From the NCBI RefSeq assembly GCF_025526975.1, contig NW_026515699.1:124001-188000 (forward strand): a stretch of DNA of 64,000 nucleotides. Direction: 5' to 3'. A program made the position numbers and the translations under genes. The stretch comes from Fimicolochytrium jonesii. Its lineage: Eukaryota. Shown in pieces: positions 1 through 12,453 of this stretch (position 1 is its first letter; every line of letters begins with the position of its first letter). The notes below the pieces were generated by a model. That model did no database searches and was not told the DNA's origin. It saw only the letters and a program-made list of their open reading frames with translations.

Positions 1-409
1 AAGGATTATTGTCTTTGCGTTCAGAATCTTTAGAGACTTGCAAGAAATGATTAAGGAATGCTCGAGGAATGTGAAAAATTTGAAAAATTTGGCGAGAACG
101 CGCTTTTGTAGGCCCGTGCAGGGGCAACCAAGCCGTGACTCATTGACGGAAGTCACCGGCTGGAACCTACAGCGTCATGGGCGGGGAGGGGGCCGGTGAT
201 CAAATCGTGCCGTGCTATTGCGTGCGAGATTCGGACAGCCTGAGGGTTGGCGTTTCCATCGATAACGCGTTCCATGTCCGCTTTTATGGAGAGACTTCGC
301 ACCCGAGACCTCGCCCTTTACCTCTCAAACAACCAGCCTCCACACCTCGCCCTTGAAACCTCCACCTCTCAAACATCCAGCCCTTACAACCTCACTCTCG
401 TATCCAACC

Positions 410-1445
410 ATGACCGTCAACGCTCTGAAGATCGTGGCCCGCTTGCCCGCTGGCATCCGTGCAGCTGGAGTCGATAACGCGGCCGTTGTCAAGCTCGGCG
501 ACGAGAACCAGGGCGCTCTGCTCACCAACTCCGATGTTTTCCCTGGGCCCGGCGCATTTGCCCTCGTCTCCCTTTTCTTTGAGGAGGACAGCAACAAGAA
601 GGTCACTCTTCGTGGTCCCGTCGGTGCTCAACAAACCGTGGAACTGGCCTCCGGCCAGGGTGGGGACTTTGCCTACGAGTTCCAGGCTAAGCAGCACAAG
701 GTCTTTGAGGATGAGGCTGAATTTGAGGGCTTCTGGAAGGGTCTTTTAAGGTTTTCCAGGGTCAGGTGGGTTTGAGTCTTTTGCTCATATTTGAAGTCCC
801 GGGATGCCCTTTCACAGACCCTGATGTTACCTTTCTTGCATCATAGGTGGGAAGTGGTCGAGCTGTCTGAAAGTACTGAGGCCGAGTACAAGGCTGCGGA
901 GGACAAGGCGATTGCGGCGGCAAATGTTAAGGAGACCAACGGTGTTAATCTCCATGAGGAGCTCACCCCGGCAGACGCTCCAGACTCGAGCGAGCGGCCA
1001 GCTGGCTTCTTCCAACCTTTCAGCGAAGGGTTCCTCCATGATCTACGGAAAATGAAGAAACGGACAGTGAAGTGGAACTACGAACAGCTCCCAGGTGAGA
1101 AATTCTACGATGCAAGAGGTTCCTGCAGGAAAAGTCGAATATGCCGATTCGAAATATCCATAGAGTTCTGATTACGGTTTTATCTGCGGGTCCGGTTCAA
1201 CAGACAATCATACCTACAAGCAGGTATATTGGAGGGAGCTAGAACTAAGAAGGTTGAACGCCATCCAACACGAAAAAAACCGCCAAGCCAATTTGGCAAG
1301 AGCTCAACAACGGACGGCTGCTGCAGCGACAAACGAACTCAAGCGCAAGCGGGAGGACAAGGTTGCTGCACCCGAAGGAACTGCACCTGCGCAAACCGAG
1401 GAGTCCAGTCCGGCCAAGAAGGCGCGTAAACCGAAATCGAAGTAG
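410..1445 (+). CDS. Three-exon protein of unknown function with a basic NLS-like C-terminus
   Basis: ATG at 410. GT-AG introns at ~767-847 and ~1095-1203 join ORFs 353-775, 791-1171 and 1254-1445 in frame (…EQLP|DNHTYKQVYWRELELRRLNAIQHEK…PAKKARKPKSK*). No family recognised. Confidence 0.6.
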
Positions 1446-1508
1446 GCGAAAGTAGACGCGGACGTGATGGACATTGTGAAGGAGTTTGCGCCCGCTGAGC
1501 CGTCGAGG

Positions 1509-1656
1509 TTATTCTTTGACCCCAATATAATCTTGTTTGTGTTCAGTATCTTTTTGCGCTGTGCGACATGTGTATTTCGCTGAGTTTATTCTTTGACCCC
1601 AATATAATCTTGTTTGTGTTCAGTATCTTTTTGCGCTGTGCGACATGTGTATTTCG
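1509..1656. repeat. Tandem duplication, 71 bp unit, period 77
   Basis: ttattctttgaccccaatataatc…catgtgtatttcg occurs at 1509-1579 and again at 1586-1656. Confidence 0.95.
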
Positions 1657-3917
1657 GTCTGCGGGCTGAGGAATCGGCGTGTAGGAGAGCGGGAGGAGTT
1701 GACGTTGTGAGGATGTAGGTGTAGAGAGAGGAGCTTCAATGTGCGCGATCTTCGCCGGGGATTGCGCCAATCCGAGCCTGGCGCTAAAAGCGTTGAAGTT
1801 CGCAGAGTGGTTGCGTCAAGCGATGGACGCTAATGGAACGGAACGACTCAGGATGGTGTAAAACATTTCATCGACATCCGAAGATGCTGCTGGATTTCGG
1901 CAGCATATCACGCGACCCCGCACTAGTGACGACGCGAGGTTGCGAGGTTGGCGAGTTTGGCGTGTTGTATAGTTCTGAGTTGGGGGCTACGCGCGGCGTG
2001 CTCACCCGGTTTGAACTTCCTTGCTTTTACACCCCCCTGGGAACGACTGCGTTATCCGAGGCAGCGGTGGAATACGGCGGTAGGATTTGTGGCAAATGCC
2101 TTGGTGAGGGCTGTAACGTGTCGCTTCCGACGCAGGTGTATGGGAAGGGATGGACGGCTTGGCCAAGAGGCGGCCTTACAGTGGGCGTAATATGATCCAG
2201 GATGGCGTTATCGCGGGTGTGCCAAAAAGCAGACAGAGCCGTAAGGAGGAAAACAAGGTGTGTCCCTGCAACTGCGGCAAGTCCTTTGTAACGTGGACGA
2301 TTGCCCGTTGGTCGACGCAATGCATACATCCTGCAGGTCACATTTTTTGCATGCCAGTGCTGCACATGCACACACAGGTTGCTGGGTTTGTCCTGTTTGG
2401 CACAGACGTTTAAGGATTTTAGGATAGGCCTCGATTTCTAGCACCAGTTACGGGTACCCACCGGTACAACATGCAGGAGTATCTGGGCCTTTGCAGCCAT
2501 AGCGGCGTCCAGGCTACGGCAATTCCAATAGGGAGGTGCGACAGTACAGTCTGCTGCCATTCCAACGACTGACCGGAGTGTGGGCCATATGACCTCGTTT
2601 AAAAGGCGCGACGCGTTCTTGCCACGCGTTCGCGCAGATTGCGGTTGTGGCTCGATCAACTTTTTTTCTGACAAGCCACCTGTGACGACTGGACCCGGAC
2701 TTTTGCGCGACACTCCAAGACAAAGACAGCCTGGCGAAATCCTCGAACTATCGCAAGTCGTCGGCCACCCGCAGCCCAACGGTCCCATCCAAGCGATACG
2801 GTTGTAGTCGCCCTTAATTTCGGATCCATATACGGTGTCGAAAAAAAACCAGAGAGTTGTGGAGCCTCGCCGGAAAACCGTCGCAGAATCGTTTGGAAAG
2901 CGGTTCGTGGGTCGGTCGTACCGTCTTCGCCGGCGAGTATTTCAAAAGAAACTGCTGACGAATCCACGCGGGACTCTACGTGAATGTCGCCGAGGACGCC
3001 GGAGGGAGCGTATCGCCGTGCATCAGTGGAACCGCTGTTCGATGTTCCCCGGAACAGTTTCTCAAGCTGTCTCGGTGAGCACGGGCCTTCCCGGCATATT
3101 GTGCGGCCCGCATTTGCTGACGGCCTGCAGCAGCGGTGGACGCGGCGAATGCGTCTCTCCTCAGCTGGATCGAAGGACGTAGCGGGAGCGAGTGCAGAAG
3201 CCAACTGAGCCTGCACACCCGACGAAATCTCACGACTCGTCTGCGAGAAATCGAGCGCGTCCGCATGCTTGCACCACCTGGGCACGAGGGCAACTGAAGT
3301 CGAGGGCAGCACATATTTTTCGATGTCAAGGTGAGTGAAGATGCGAGTGAGAGAGAGGTTTGCAGCGGGAAGAGTGAGTGCGTGTTGCTTGCTTGAAAGA
3401 GACCTTTTCGGGTCGGATGCGCCACCACGGCCTGCGAGAGGTGAGGGCTCCTGCGCCAGCCTGGCCTGCTGGGAGAGTCTTGTTGGTCACCAGCGGCGAC
3501 TGAAGGCTATTTCCCCATCCACTGATGCAGCTTCCGGTTGAAATCCGAGTGCGAGATCAAGCAACCTCGAAAGTCGTCAGGGCGAAAGGTGATTTTGGAT
3601 CCTTCGAGAACAACCGCAAGATGTGAGAGTGTGCGGGATCCAGAAACGACATGTTCCAGCCAGTCAGCTAACCGCACGCCTCGCTTTGTTATGAGCGGTG
3701 CTGCGAGGGTTTGTGTTCAGTACGATGTATAACGCGAATGCACCGGCATCCATGTTCAAATATTTCATCCATGTTCCATGTTCAAGCATCCATGTTACAA
3801 GCTTCGGTTTGGGGACAGGGCATGGGAGAAGCTTCCTCCGCAAATGAAGCTTCCTCCGCAACTGTTTGCTCCAAAGAGATGATTTGAGGTGAGGTGAAAG
3901 TTATTGTATTGAACACA

Positions 3918-4824
3918 TCAACATTCTAATACAATGGTGCGATCATGCGTCTGTTGATCCATTGGGCCGCGGTCTCGCTGGAGAGTAGCTTTCTTCGCTC
4001 GCGAACCCTGAGAACCGCACTGAGTGAAGTATTGCGACCTTGACGCCATGTGGCTCGCTCTCCTCGCCAGGTTCGGGAAAGTGAGTATCGCGCCTTCGCC
4101 GCAATGTGGCTCTCTCCGCTCGCCACTCGCTTCGCTCGGCCCTCCTGACGACAGGCCCAGGGGTCGCAACGGCTCCATTTCTGCGTGCGCTATGAGCTCC
4201 TGGGTCGGGGACGGGGTCGGGGAGTTGATGAGGACGTGATGGGGACGGACTGTTTCCTTGCCTGCCGGCCGTCCATCCACTCCTTGATGGAGGCCCGGAT
4301 TCTTCGGTGGATCCGGTCCACTTCTTCCGTGTGATGGCTCAACGGGTGGTTGCCGGCGGCGGCTAGCGCGCTAGGAGGCTGTTGCGGAGAGTCTATGCCA
4401 CCGTGCTGTGGTGGACTGCCAAAGGCTCCTTGCTCCCTGCACCTAGGACCCCGCACCTCCCCGCTCGCTCTGGACGGCGTGCCACCACTCGCGTAACGCC
4501 CGCAATACGGCCGTCCACGTCCATGTGGATGCCAGCAACATTCTCCATCTCGTTCATGGTTGTGCACAGCTGGGAGAGATCCCTAACCGACGGTGGGATA
4601 TACCCAGCGTCGTACGCGGCTTTGAGCACGTGCTCATGGACGGCGAGGCGCTCTGCCGTGTCGAGCGTTTGCGTTGCGAGGAGCTTTGTGCCTAGGTCGA
4701 CGATTTTAACTGGGTCGTAGCCCAGGTGGGTGTTCGAGTCGTGGATACCGGGCTCTGCGGTGCGGAGACGGATAGCGGCAAGGTGTGCTCGCGCCGTGGC
4801 GGCGTTGAAAGCAGAAGGAGACAT
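3918..4824 (-). pseudogene. Probable decayed or frameshifted gene of unknown family
   Basis: ATG-started, protein-like ORF 4393-4824 (MSPSAFNAATARAHL…) is followed by overlapping ORFs in other frames (4190-4567, 3918-4280). Confidence 0.3.
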
Positions 4825-5119
4825 CTTGCGTTATGGTTGACGTACGAAGAGAGGAAGCGGAGAGAACTTTGAGCTGAGGGAGTCTTCTGAGTTGCTGGTG
4901 CTGCTGAGGATGGTGAACGCTAGATTGATAGAAACCAGAAAGCGGAAGAACGACGGTCTGGGAGCTCAGGCACAGCAGGCGAAATTAAGAGATATGGGGT
5001 ATTCCGTCTCAATTGCTGTGCCGACTATCGAAAAGGGCATCCTCGTCGCGTCCCCCCGTCCGCAAATTGAATGACACAGCCCCCCACACAACCGAGAATA
5101 TGTGGCAGGGAACGCTCAG

Positions 5120-5567
5120 CGAGGAACAACTTTTATTCGCATCCTACACTCTACACCCATCCTACATATACACCCTACATACATACATACGTCCTGATAA
5201 AATGTCCAACTACAACGAAGAAGAGGATAAAGCCTTGACCCCTGACGAACTGCTCAAGGTTGAGGAGAAGGTGCAGGATTGGTGGGCCGCCAATACCCCG
5301 TCCAATACGGAGGTGAGACCTGAAAGTTTCGGGAAGGGTTGGATCAGACTTCTCAACCGATTTGCTGCGGACGAGCCATATGCTTGCAGGGAGTGCGTCG
5401 AGGAATGTGGGTCGGATTTTGAAGTTCCCGGTTTGCCGGGGTACCTTCGTTTCAACTTTACCGGAGCTTGGGAGAATCGAGTTGCAGGCCAACAACGACT
5501 TTTCGATTGTGGTTCAGCTTGTGCGGCTTGCCATGCCAGTCGCGGTGTCGGCCATTCGATGTCTTAG
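5120..5567 (+). CDS. Dispersed unknown ORF family A, copy 1 (EEDKALTPDEL…KVQDWWAAN) with a Cys-rich tail
   Basis: The N-terminus (ATG ~5202) and 5' leader align with the copies at 19270 (+) and 31133 (-). Downstream CRECVEEC and CGSACAACH motifs. Confidence 0.5.
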
Positions 5568-6517
5568 GATATTGCACACGTGCCGATGACACATGGATAC
5601 GATCAGCACAGAGATATCATGGGGCATCTCAATATATGGGGAGTGAGTACGACGGATATCGGGGACTCCAACCACCAAATGTCAGACCAACCTTGTCCAA
5701 ATTGAAGCTGATGTCCGCCGGTCCCAGATCAATGCAGTGACAGCATGAAACGTGCAGGTACATCATCTTGTGGTATTCGTCATGACTCTCTTCGCACATC
5801 ACCAGGCTCGCTACGAGAATGCGAAGGAGACGGTGGAGAATCTTGAAGCAGTGGAGTCGGAAGAGATGAACTTGGACGACGACGACGATGATGACGATGG
5901 AACCGAAGACTGGGAGGCAGAAGAGGGGGCAACGTCTCATGGAGAGACTGAAGGTGGGGACGCAACCACTGGGAGCGAGTTGCTTAAGAGCTTGAAGAGT
6001 GCCAGAGAGCCCCTGCGGTATATATACGCCATGTTGAGCGGTCGGTCGTCATGCCCGAAAACGTATAGCGGAGCTCGAGATGCTACGCATGGACTTCAAA
6101 TCAGCGGAGTCTTCAAGTCCCGTACGAGCTCCTCATGCACGTTTTCGGCGCAAGAATCCCGAAGACAATGACCAGGCCTTACTAATCCTCATCCATGATC
6201 CCTTCTCCCAGCTCTAGGAATAGATGCGATTTTGCCCTTACCGCACATGAGAGGTAAAACTCGAAAGGCCATGTTTTCCGCTTGCGAAACTCCCTAGTTT
6301 ACACATGTAGGTGTCGAGAGTCAATATGTCAATCGGAGGCGAAACTGCCACTCATCGCTTCGTTGCATCCCTCCAACCCAGCGCTGCAATCCGGTCGATG
6401 GGTTCCTGCTGCAGAAAACAACCCCTATCGACTCCGGTATACCGCAAGCTGAAGAAGCATGCGATATACCCCGTGTGCTCGCCGGCTATCGTCCGCTCAA
6501 CAACCAGACCGTCCAAA

Positions 6518-6817
6518 GGGAGCTAGGGTTACCACAGGGAGCTAGGGTTACCGCGGGGAGCTAGGGTTACCGCAGGGAGCTAGGGTTACCGCAGGGAGCT
6601 AGGGTTACCGCAGGGAGCTAGGGTTCCCGCAGGGAGCTAGGGTTACCGCGGGGAGCTAGGGTTACCGCAGGGAGCTAGGGTTACCACAGGGAGCTAGGGT
6701 TACCGCGGGGAGCTAGGGTTACCGCAGGGAGCTAGGGTTCCCGCAGGGAGGTAGGGTTCCCGCAGGGAGCTAGGGCTACCGCAGGGAGCTAGGGTTACCG
6801 CAGGGAGGTAGGGTTAC
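6518..6817 (+). repeat. 19-bp minisatellite (GGGAGCTAGGGTTACCGCA) x ~16 with a telomere-like TAGGGTTA core
   Basis: Read directly; units are contiguous with no unique spacers. Confidence 0.97.
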
Positions 6818-9800
6818 GGAATTGTGACCCGGCTCCCCACCACACCACAACGATTTCGCCACCAACGTTGACTACTTAGGACACCACCTATCCCGTGAGG
6901 TGCAATCGGTGCCGATCCGCTGAAGCTCCTTAAGATCGCCATCTGGCCCTGCTTGGCCTCCCGCCCTGAAGGTCAGCAGTTCCTCGGTCTAGTAAACCAT
7001 ATGCGGAAATTCCGGAGAGCCCGCTAAAGTCGTAACTGCCTTAATGAAACACAGTCTTTGGGAGGGGCGACTCGTAACAAAAGGCTTTCGATGAGATCAA
7101 GCAAAGGTGTGCCGAAGTTCGAATCCTTGCTATCATTAATTACGATTCGAATGAACCGGTGAACCTCATCCGTGATGCCAGCAAGACCGCCTAGAAGCAG
7201 TGGTCAACCTGGCAAGGGCTGGAAGAATGCCCAGATCATGTTTGTCAGCCCAGTCCAAAAGCAATCGGATCAATGAAACCATCCATTGATATCGCCGGTG
7301 GATTCCGCCCATTTATCGTGGATTTGCTATGTTTCGCCATGTCCATTTGTTCTGAAGCATGAATGGCAGTGCATAGCAGTGTGCTGCAGTGTATCCAGCG
7401 ACCTCTAACCATGCTGCTGCGGACGATTGCCTGCGATCGACAGCAAGAAAAGCAACTTCATGATGTTCCTTTGATAGTGGTGTCGGGGACCTCTTTCCAA
7501 CATCCCGCTCAACGTTTGCACTTTACGCACCGCTGACCATTCTGCGACGTAACCTCTTCGCGATTTGACTGCATTCGCTATGGAGAACATGCTTCAAAGG
7601 TGGAGGTGGAATCGAGAGGAACATGGTCGTTTTCGGGTGCAGTAGAATTTTCGACGTACTCCGCGTCATTCGCCCATCCGATGCTTTGTGATGAGACCTT
7701 GTCAAGGTGTTTTGGGTAGGATGGGAATCACACGGTGCAAGTAGTGAATTCAAGGTATGCCCATCAACCGTCCACTAAAGGCTTTATTCCAGGATGCATG
7801 CACTCATACAAGCCCCCAGTAGCCTCCTACCTAAACTCGAGGGATGCTACGTCGCGCGCATCGAATAAAATGTGAATTTCGGGGCGGCCCCGACAACGGC
7901 TTCAGAGTGGATCGAGGCTTTTATCCGGAACCATCGTCCAAAGGGATTTTTTGCCATGATGTCAGGCATGTACTTCGATGCCGTGGTACTTTTCTGTTTT
8001 GGCACGCCAGACTTATGTTGCGTTCTAATCCGTAGGTCCGAAGTTAGTGCGGCCACTCATGCGCTGACGGCACGTCTCCGAATGACCCGGACGGAAGTCG
8101 CCCCATCCGACGTACCGCGGTAACCATGAGATACTGTTTTGCCATTTGACGATGGTAAGCGATAACCCTGTCATTGCTGCACATGTAATATCCTGATGAT
8201 GAGAGCTCCCACGAGGGAAGGCAACACCGCTTGTAGAGTATCTCTCATTCCGCAAACTTCCGTGAAGCCGGTTTTCCGTGGAGACGTTTCGGTGCCGCCA
8301 AAGCTGGAGAGGTATTTCGCATTTCGGCGCTCGCCAATGCTGCGGTATTTCTGGTTTGCTTCCGCCAAGCTGATTTCGATGCCGGGTCTGGAGGCAATTA
8401 ATCAGATGTGCCCACCAGCAACCCCTTCCGCACGTCGGGATGTTCTCCCGAGAATCGCACCCAACACAACATTGGATGCGCAGATTGCACATGCGAGTGG
8501 ATTTGGATCTCGGAGGGGTGGTGCGGTGCGCACATGCATACATAACTAAGAGAAAGTCAAATGGCCACTTTTGAGCCGGCCACGTGCTCTCTCTTGGCAG
8601 CAGCAAAACCCTGCAATTTAAGGCATTGCTCAAACATCGTTTCTAGAATGTATTCAATCTACGATTGCCACTGGAGTTTCTTGGAGTGGAGTTTCTTCTT
8701 GAGTGCATCGTGAAAAGTGGAATAGATGAGCAGTTACTGTTGACTCCCGACCCCTCCGCTACCATTTATCATACCGCACGAACCTTAAAACACACATCAT
8801 TGTCAGCAGTTCTGTTTCGCTCAACCTCAGTCGCCTTCCATCGTTCAAAGCCGAGCCCTTCCCGTAGATGACCTCCGAGTGATAGTTGAGGAGAGGTCAA
8901 CCGACTCTTCCTTTCGCCCAGATCTTCTTCATAAATGAACAGCTCCGCTATCCATATCGACCCAAGACTCGCCGCATCCCCTTCCTTCAGCATCGAAACT
9001 CCGAGCCCAAGTCCTAGCTCCATCCTCACCTTCTTTTCCTGCAATCTCACAACCACTGAACCTGAGAAGGTAAGGAGCACTGGACTTGCACATATATGAC
9101 CCGTCGAGTTATGCCATGCTCTACAGAGTCTGCTTTTACTGCTCCCGAACCTCTACTTTGACAACATCGCATGCGACATGGTACGACTGCCCGACGGTTT
9201 CTGGCAAACGGAGCATGGTCACCGTAGCCAGCTCCGCAGAGTCTCGCCTCAGCAATGGAAAACATCACTCTCCGCAAACATCACTGAAGAACCTGTACGC
9301 CCGCTGGATACGCTAGCGTCGGTCCGCTGGATCTTCTCTGGAGTGATGGAAGATTGTCCACCAGCAGGTGCCCGTTGTTGACTCTGATTCGTCGTTGCCA
9401 TGGAGGACGCGGATGTGGATACCACTGAGAGGACTCGCACTCGTGCGGCTTCAGTTTATAACGACATCTTCATGAAAGGTTTCGCAAGGGCTCTGCCTAA
9501 TGTTTGGTTGAAAAGCGCGAAAGAACTTCCGTAGTTTTTCGAGACTTGCATGAAAGTGTGCGCAGGCGTTCTGTAGATGAAGGATAGGTGGATGGATATA
9601 CTTTAGATGAAGAGCTTTCTTTGGACGAGTATTAGATCCGTCGTACATGAGTGTAAACGGCTTTGCGCTAGTTGACGATAAACAACCATTGGAATGAGAC
9701 AATTATCGATTATACATCGAACATACGGACGTGAGGGATGGACGTGACCTCGCGGTGCGCCGTCAGTAGGTCAGGGACGTTTTGAGCAATCAGTCGACAA

Positions 9801-10343
9801 GCCAAGAAAACTACAATTCACATACGGTCAAGTTGAAATTGGTACAATTTCCACCAATTGGTTCTTTTCATTCGGAGTTTCACGAGATGGAACACAGTGC
9901 CATCGACAGCGATCCCAGCCCCATCCCAGCTAGAAGACGATTAACCAGATTCTGGGCGACATCAGATGAACGATAGAATGTGCTGTGCACGAAAGTATAT
10001 TGTCATTGGTGCATTTTTCTCGGTAGTATACAAGGGAAAGCGAGAGAGAGAATGCTTAGGGAGCTGAGAGCTCCAACAACAGAGGGTATGCTACTATGGG
10101 GGTGAATTGAGAGGGCCTATATATGTAAGCGTTTCGAAACGCTGGCACAACTCTTGAAGGGACGACGAGGAGACTTGGAGTGGATGGGCTTGACTTAGGA
10201 ACGTTCGCCGCGGAGACGACGGGCGAGCTGTAAATAGGGAAGAGGAGAAGTGTAAGAGAACTGGGTTATAGAAGCGTGCAAAATTGGAAGAACATCTCGG
10301 CACGCACCTGAATATCTTTGGGCTGGATAGTAACAGCAATCCT

Positions 10344-11015
10344 TTAGCGTCGTCGCTTCAGTGGTGGAGGGCTGGTGGGAGGGGAGTGGGTGAGGGGCGG
10401 AGTGACGACGGGGGAGTCGGCGGGCGGTTGGGGGGCGGCATCGGCGGGCGGTTGGGGGGCGGCGTCGGCGGCGGCGCGTTGTCGGGCGGCGGCGACGGCG
10501 CGACGGCGCTCCCAGCGGCAGATGGGGTTGGCGGAGGGAACCGCCTCAATGGCGAGGGGGGCGAGGTCGACCGGCGCTCCGCTCAGGGGAGCCACCCCCG
10601 TGGAGAGAACAGATGTGGGCGCGGCTTCGTGGGTGGTGGTGGTGGTAAGCATGGTGCGCGCTTCTTGATTCCGGAAGCGCGGCAGGAGGGCGAAAGCTGG
10701 GGGGATGCGGGTTGGGGATTCGGGGGGCTGGACGTCCTCCTCGTTGGGGGGGCCGGCGAGGAACTCCGCAAGATCCCAGTGCCAGGGAGGGGAGGCACGG
10801 GGGAAGATGATGGAGGGGGAGCTAGTGGTGGTGGTGGTGGAGGCGGGGCTAGTGGTGGTGGTGGTGGAGGCGGGGCTAGTGGTGGTGGTGGTGGAGGCGG
10901 GGCTAGTGGTGGTGGTGGTGGAGGCGGGGCTAGTGGTGGTGGTGGTGGAGGCGGGGCTAGTGGTGGTGGTGGTGGAGGCGGGGCTCGTGGTAGTGGGGGT
11001 GGTGGTCTCGGGCAT
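10344..11015 (-). CDS. Dispersed unknown ORF family B, copy 1 (Thr-rich repeats plus IIFPRASPPWHWDLAEFLAG core)
   Basis: ATG at 11015 just after a (CA)n tract; uninterrupted ORF to 10344. Near-identical core at 25850-26100 and a partial copy at 25450-25560. Confidence 0.5.
   Translation of the reverse strand: MPETTTPTTTSPASTTTTTSPASTTTTTSPASTTTTTSPASTTTTTSPASTTTTTSPASTTTTTSSPSIIFPRASPPWHWDLAEFLAGPPNEEDVQPPESPTRIPPAFALLPRFRNQEARTMLTTTTTHEAAPTSVLSTGVAPLSGAPVDLAPLAIEAVPSANPICRWERRRAVAAARQRAAADAAPQPPADAAPQPPADSPVVTPPLTHSPPTSPPPLKRRR
10817..10993. repeat. 27-bp tandem repeat (ggggctagtggtggtggtggtggaggc) x ~6
   Basis: Read directly; encodes SPASTTTTT repeats on the minus strand. Confidence 0.95.
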
Positions 11016-11018
11016 TTT

Positions 11019-11028
11019 TGTGTGTGTG

Positions 11029-11062
<34 letters not shown>

Positions 11063-11090
11063 GGGGGTGGGTGTGTCCGGTGTGTGTGTC
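11019..11090. repeat. (GT)n microsatellite
   Basis: Read directly. Confidence 0.95.
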
Positions 11091-11567
11091 CGTGAGGGAA
11101 GTGGGAATGCGTTTGAGCGACGCGTTGATATATCCGCGACAATAAATCCAAGACCAATACTGCGTCCCGATAACTCGCTGGATTTTGCATCCAAGATCAG
11201 ACAGAGGCCTCGCATTGGCCGGCGCTGCGTTGCATCGTCGTACACGCAATCTGACCATACCTGGAAATTGCATATCCATCATGCCCGGAGGACAATGTTC
11301 AACATCAGGGGACGAGGGCGTTCAACGGGTCGCGTCAAGAAGCAATTAAGACGCGTTACTCCTTACTCCTTGCGCAGAATCAATGAGGTGCCTTGCGTGC
11401 ACAGAATATCAAGGCTGGGACCGCCGTCCATGGACCCTGGGAGCCGCTGGGCGTTGGACGCCTGTCATCACACCTCGCTGCACGCCTGCTGCCATAGCGC
11501 GACAGGAGGAGGATGGTCACATCAATCGCCCCACGGCAGGAGAGTTGAGTAACGATGCGGGCATGGG

Positions 11568-11747
11568 CAATCTGTTGCCATAAAGCAGGTCGCCCACGAA
11601 ACTAAGTGAGTGTCCGAGTGTCCTCGCCGCTGATCATTGCATCATACGAGACCCCTAATCTAAACTACATCTGTCACTGTCCTAGGCAACCACTGCTGGG
11701 GCCGACTGCGCACGGCCAGGTGCGACCTGCTTTATGGCAACAGACTG
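11568..11747. mobile_element. MITE, 180 bp, 26-bp TIRs, Tc1/pogo-type ends
   Basis: caatctgttgccataaagcaggtcgc at 11568 matches the reverse complement of gcgacctgctttatggcaacagactg ending at 11747 (25/26). TA follows at 11748. Confidence 0.8.
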
Positions 11748-11749
11748 TA

Positions 11750-11882
11750 CAGTCACGGTCCATAAAGCTGTCCCCACCTCCAATCGAAATCAATGTCGGT
11801 CACTCCCGTGAATTTAGCGTTGCGGCAGTGGCTGATTTATTTCAGGGGGAGGGGAAAAGCACAGCTTTCTGTTCCCAGACTG
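11750..11882. mobile_element. Second MITE abutting the first; TA-flanked, imperfect TIRs
   Basis: TA|cagtcacggtccataaagctgt … acagctttctgttcccagactg|TA (17/22 as an inverted repeat). Confidence 0.65.
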
Positions 11883-12453
11883 TACTTTGAGCGAACTCGT
11901 CCATTTCAACGCTGCGATGCATACCGGTAGCACGCCGTTCAAAGGCGCCTGATGAAGAAGCAGTCAATACTCCCGGGAGTATTTTGTGCGTCGACGCTGA
12001 TGCTTCCTACGATATCTGGGGAGGTAGCGGCGCCCGCTACGGGAAGCGTTTTGCTTTTGCGCTCTGGGACATCTGGCTTGGCAGAACGGATTGGGATTAA
12101 TGTGACTAGGATATCGCTTGCAAATGCGCAAGATTGTGCAGCATGTTCGCTTTTGGGCACCCACGCGGCGTGCTCTGAAATGTGAAGCTCATCGGACTGG
12201 ACAGGGTCCCAATGGACTCGCTCATCTAGGCAACGGCACCTGAATGATCGTTGTCGACGCCTACGACCTCACCAGTCTACGGTCACTTTGGTGACGCATT
12301 GCCTTCGAGCTACTGAGTAAACCGATCGAATCGACAGGGCAGCGCCCAGCCCTGACGCCACAACCTACCGCTCCGATTCTTACCGCTAACTTCGTACGAA
12401 CCGCCGAGGCCAAGAAACGCACGATCCTCGAATCCAAGCGTCACGGCCAGGAT

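Noticed and set aside
2000..2045. Histone H3-like peptide QGGVKARKFKPG (also QGGVKARRLKPD at ~31230)
   Set aside because: No histone fold follows at either site; it is better explained as the shared upstream module of family A.
6518..6817. CRISPR-like array
   Set aside because: Units are contiguous with no unique spacers, there are no cas genes, and the context is eukaryotic; it is a minisatellite.
7080..7135. tRNA suggested by a GTTCGAATCC B-box
   Set aside because: The T-stem is imperfect and no acceptor, anticodon or D arms could be folded.
10284..11552. 422-aa Gly-rich (+) and Pro-rich (-) ORFs
   Set aside because: Alternative-frame readouts of the 27-bp and GT repeats.
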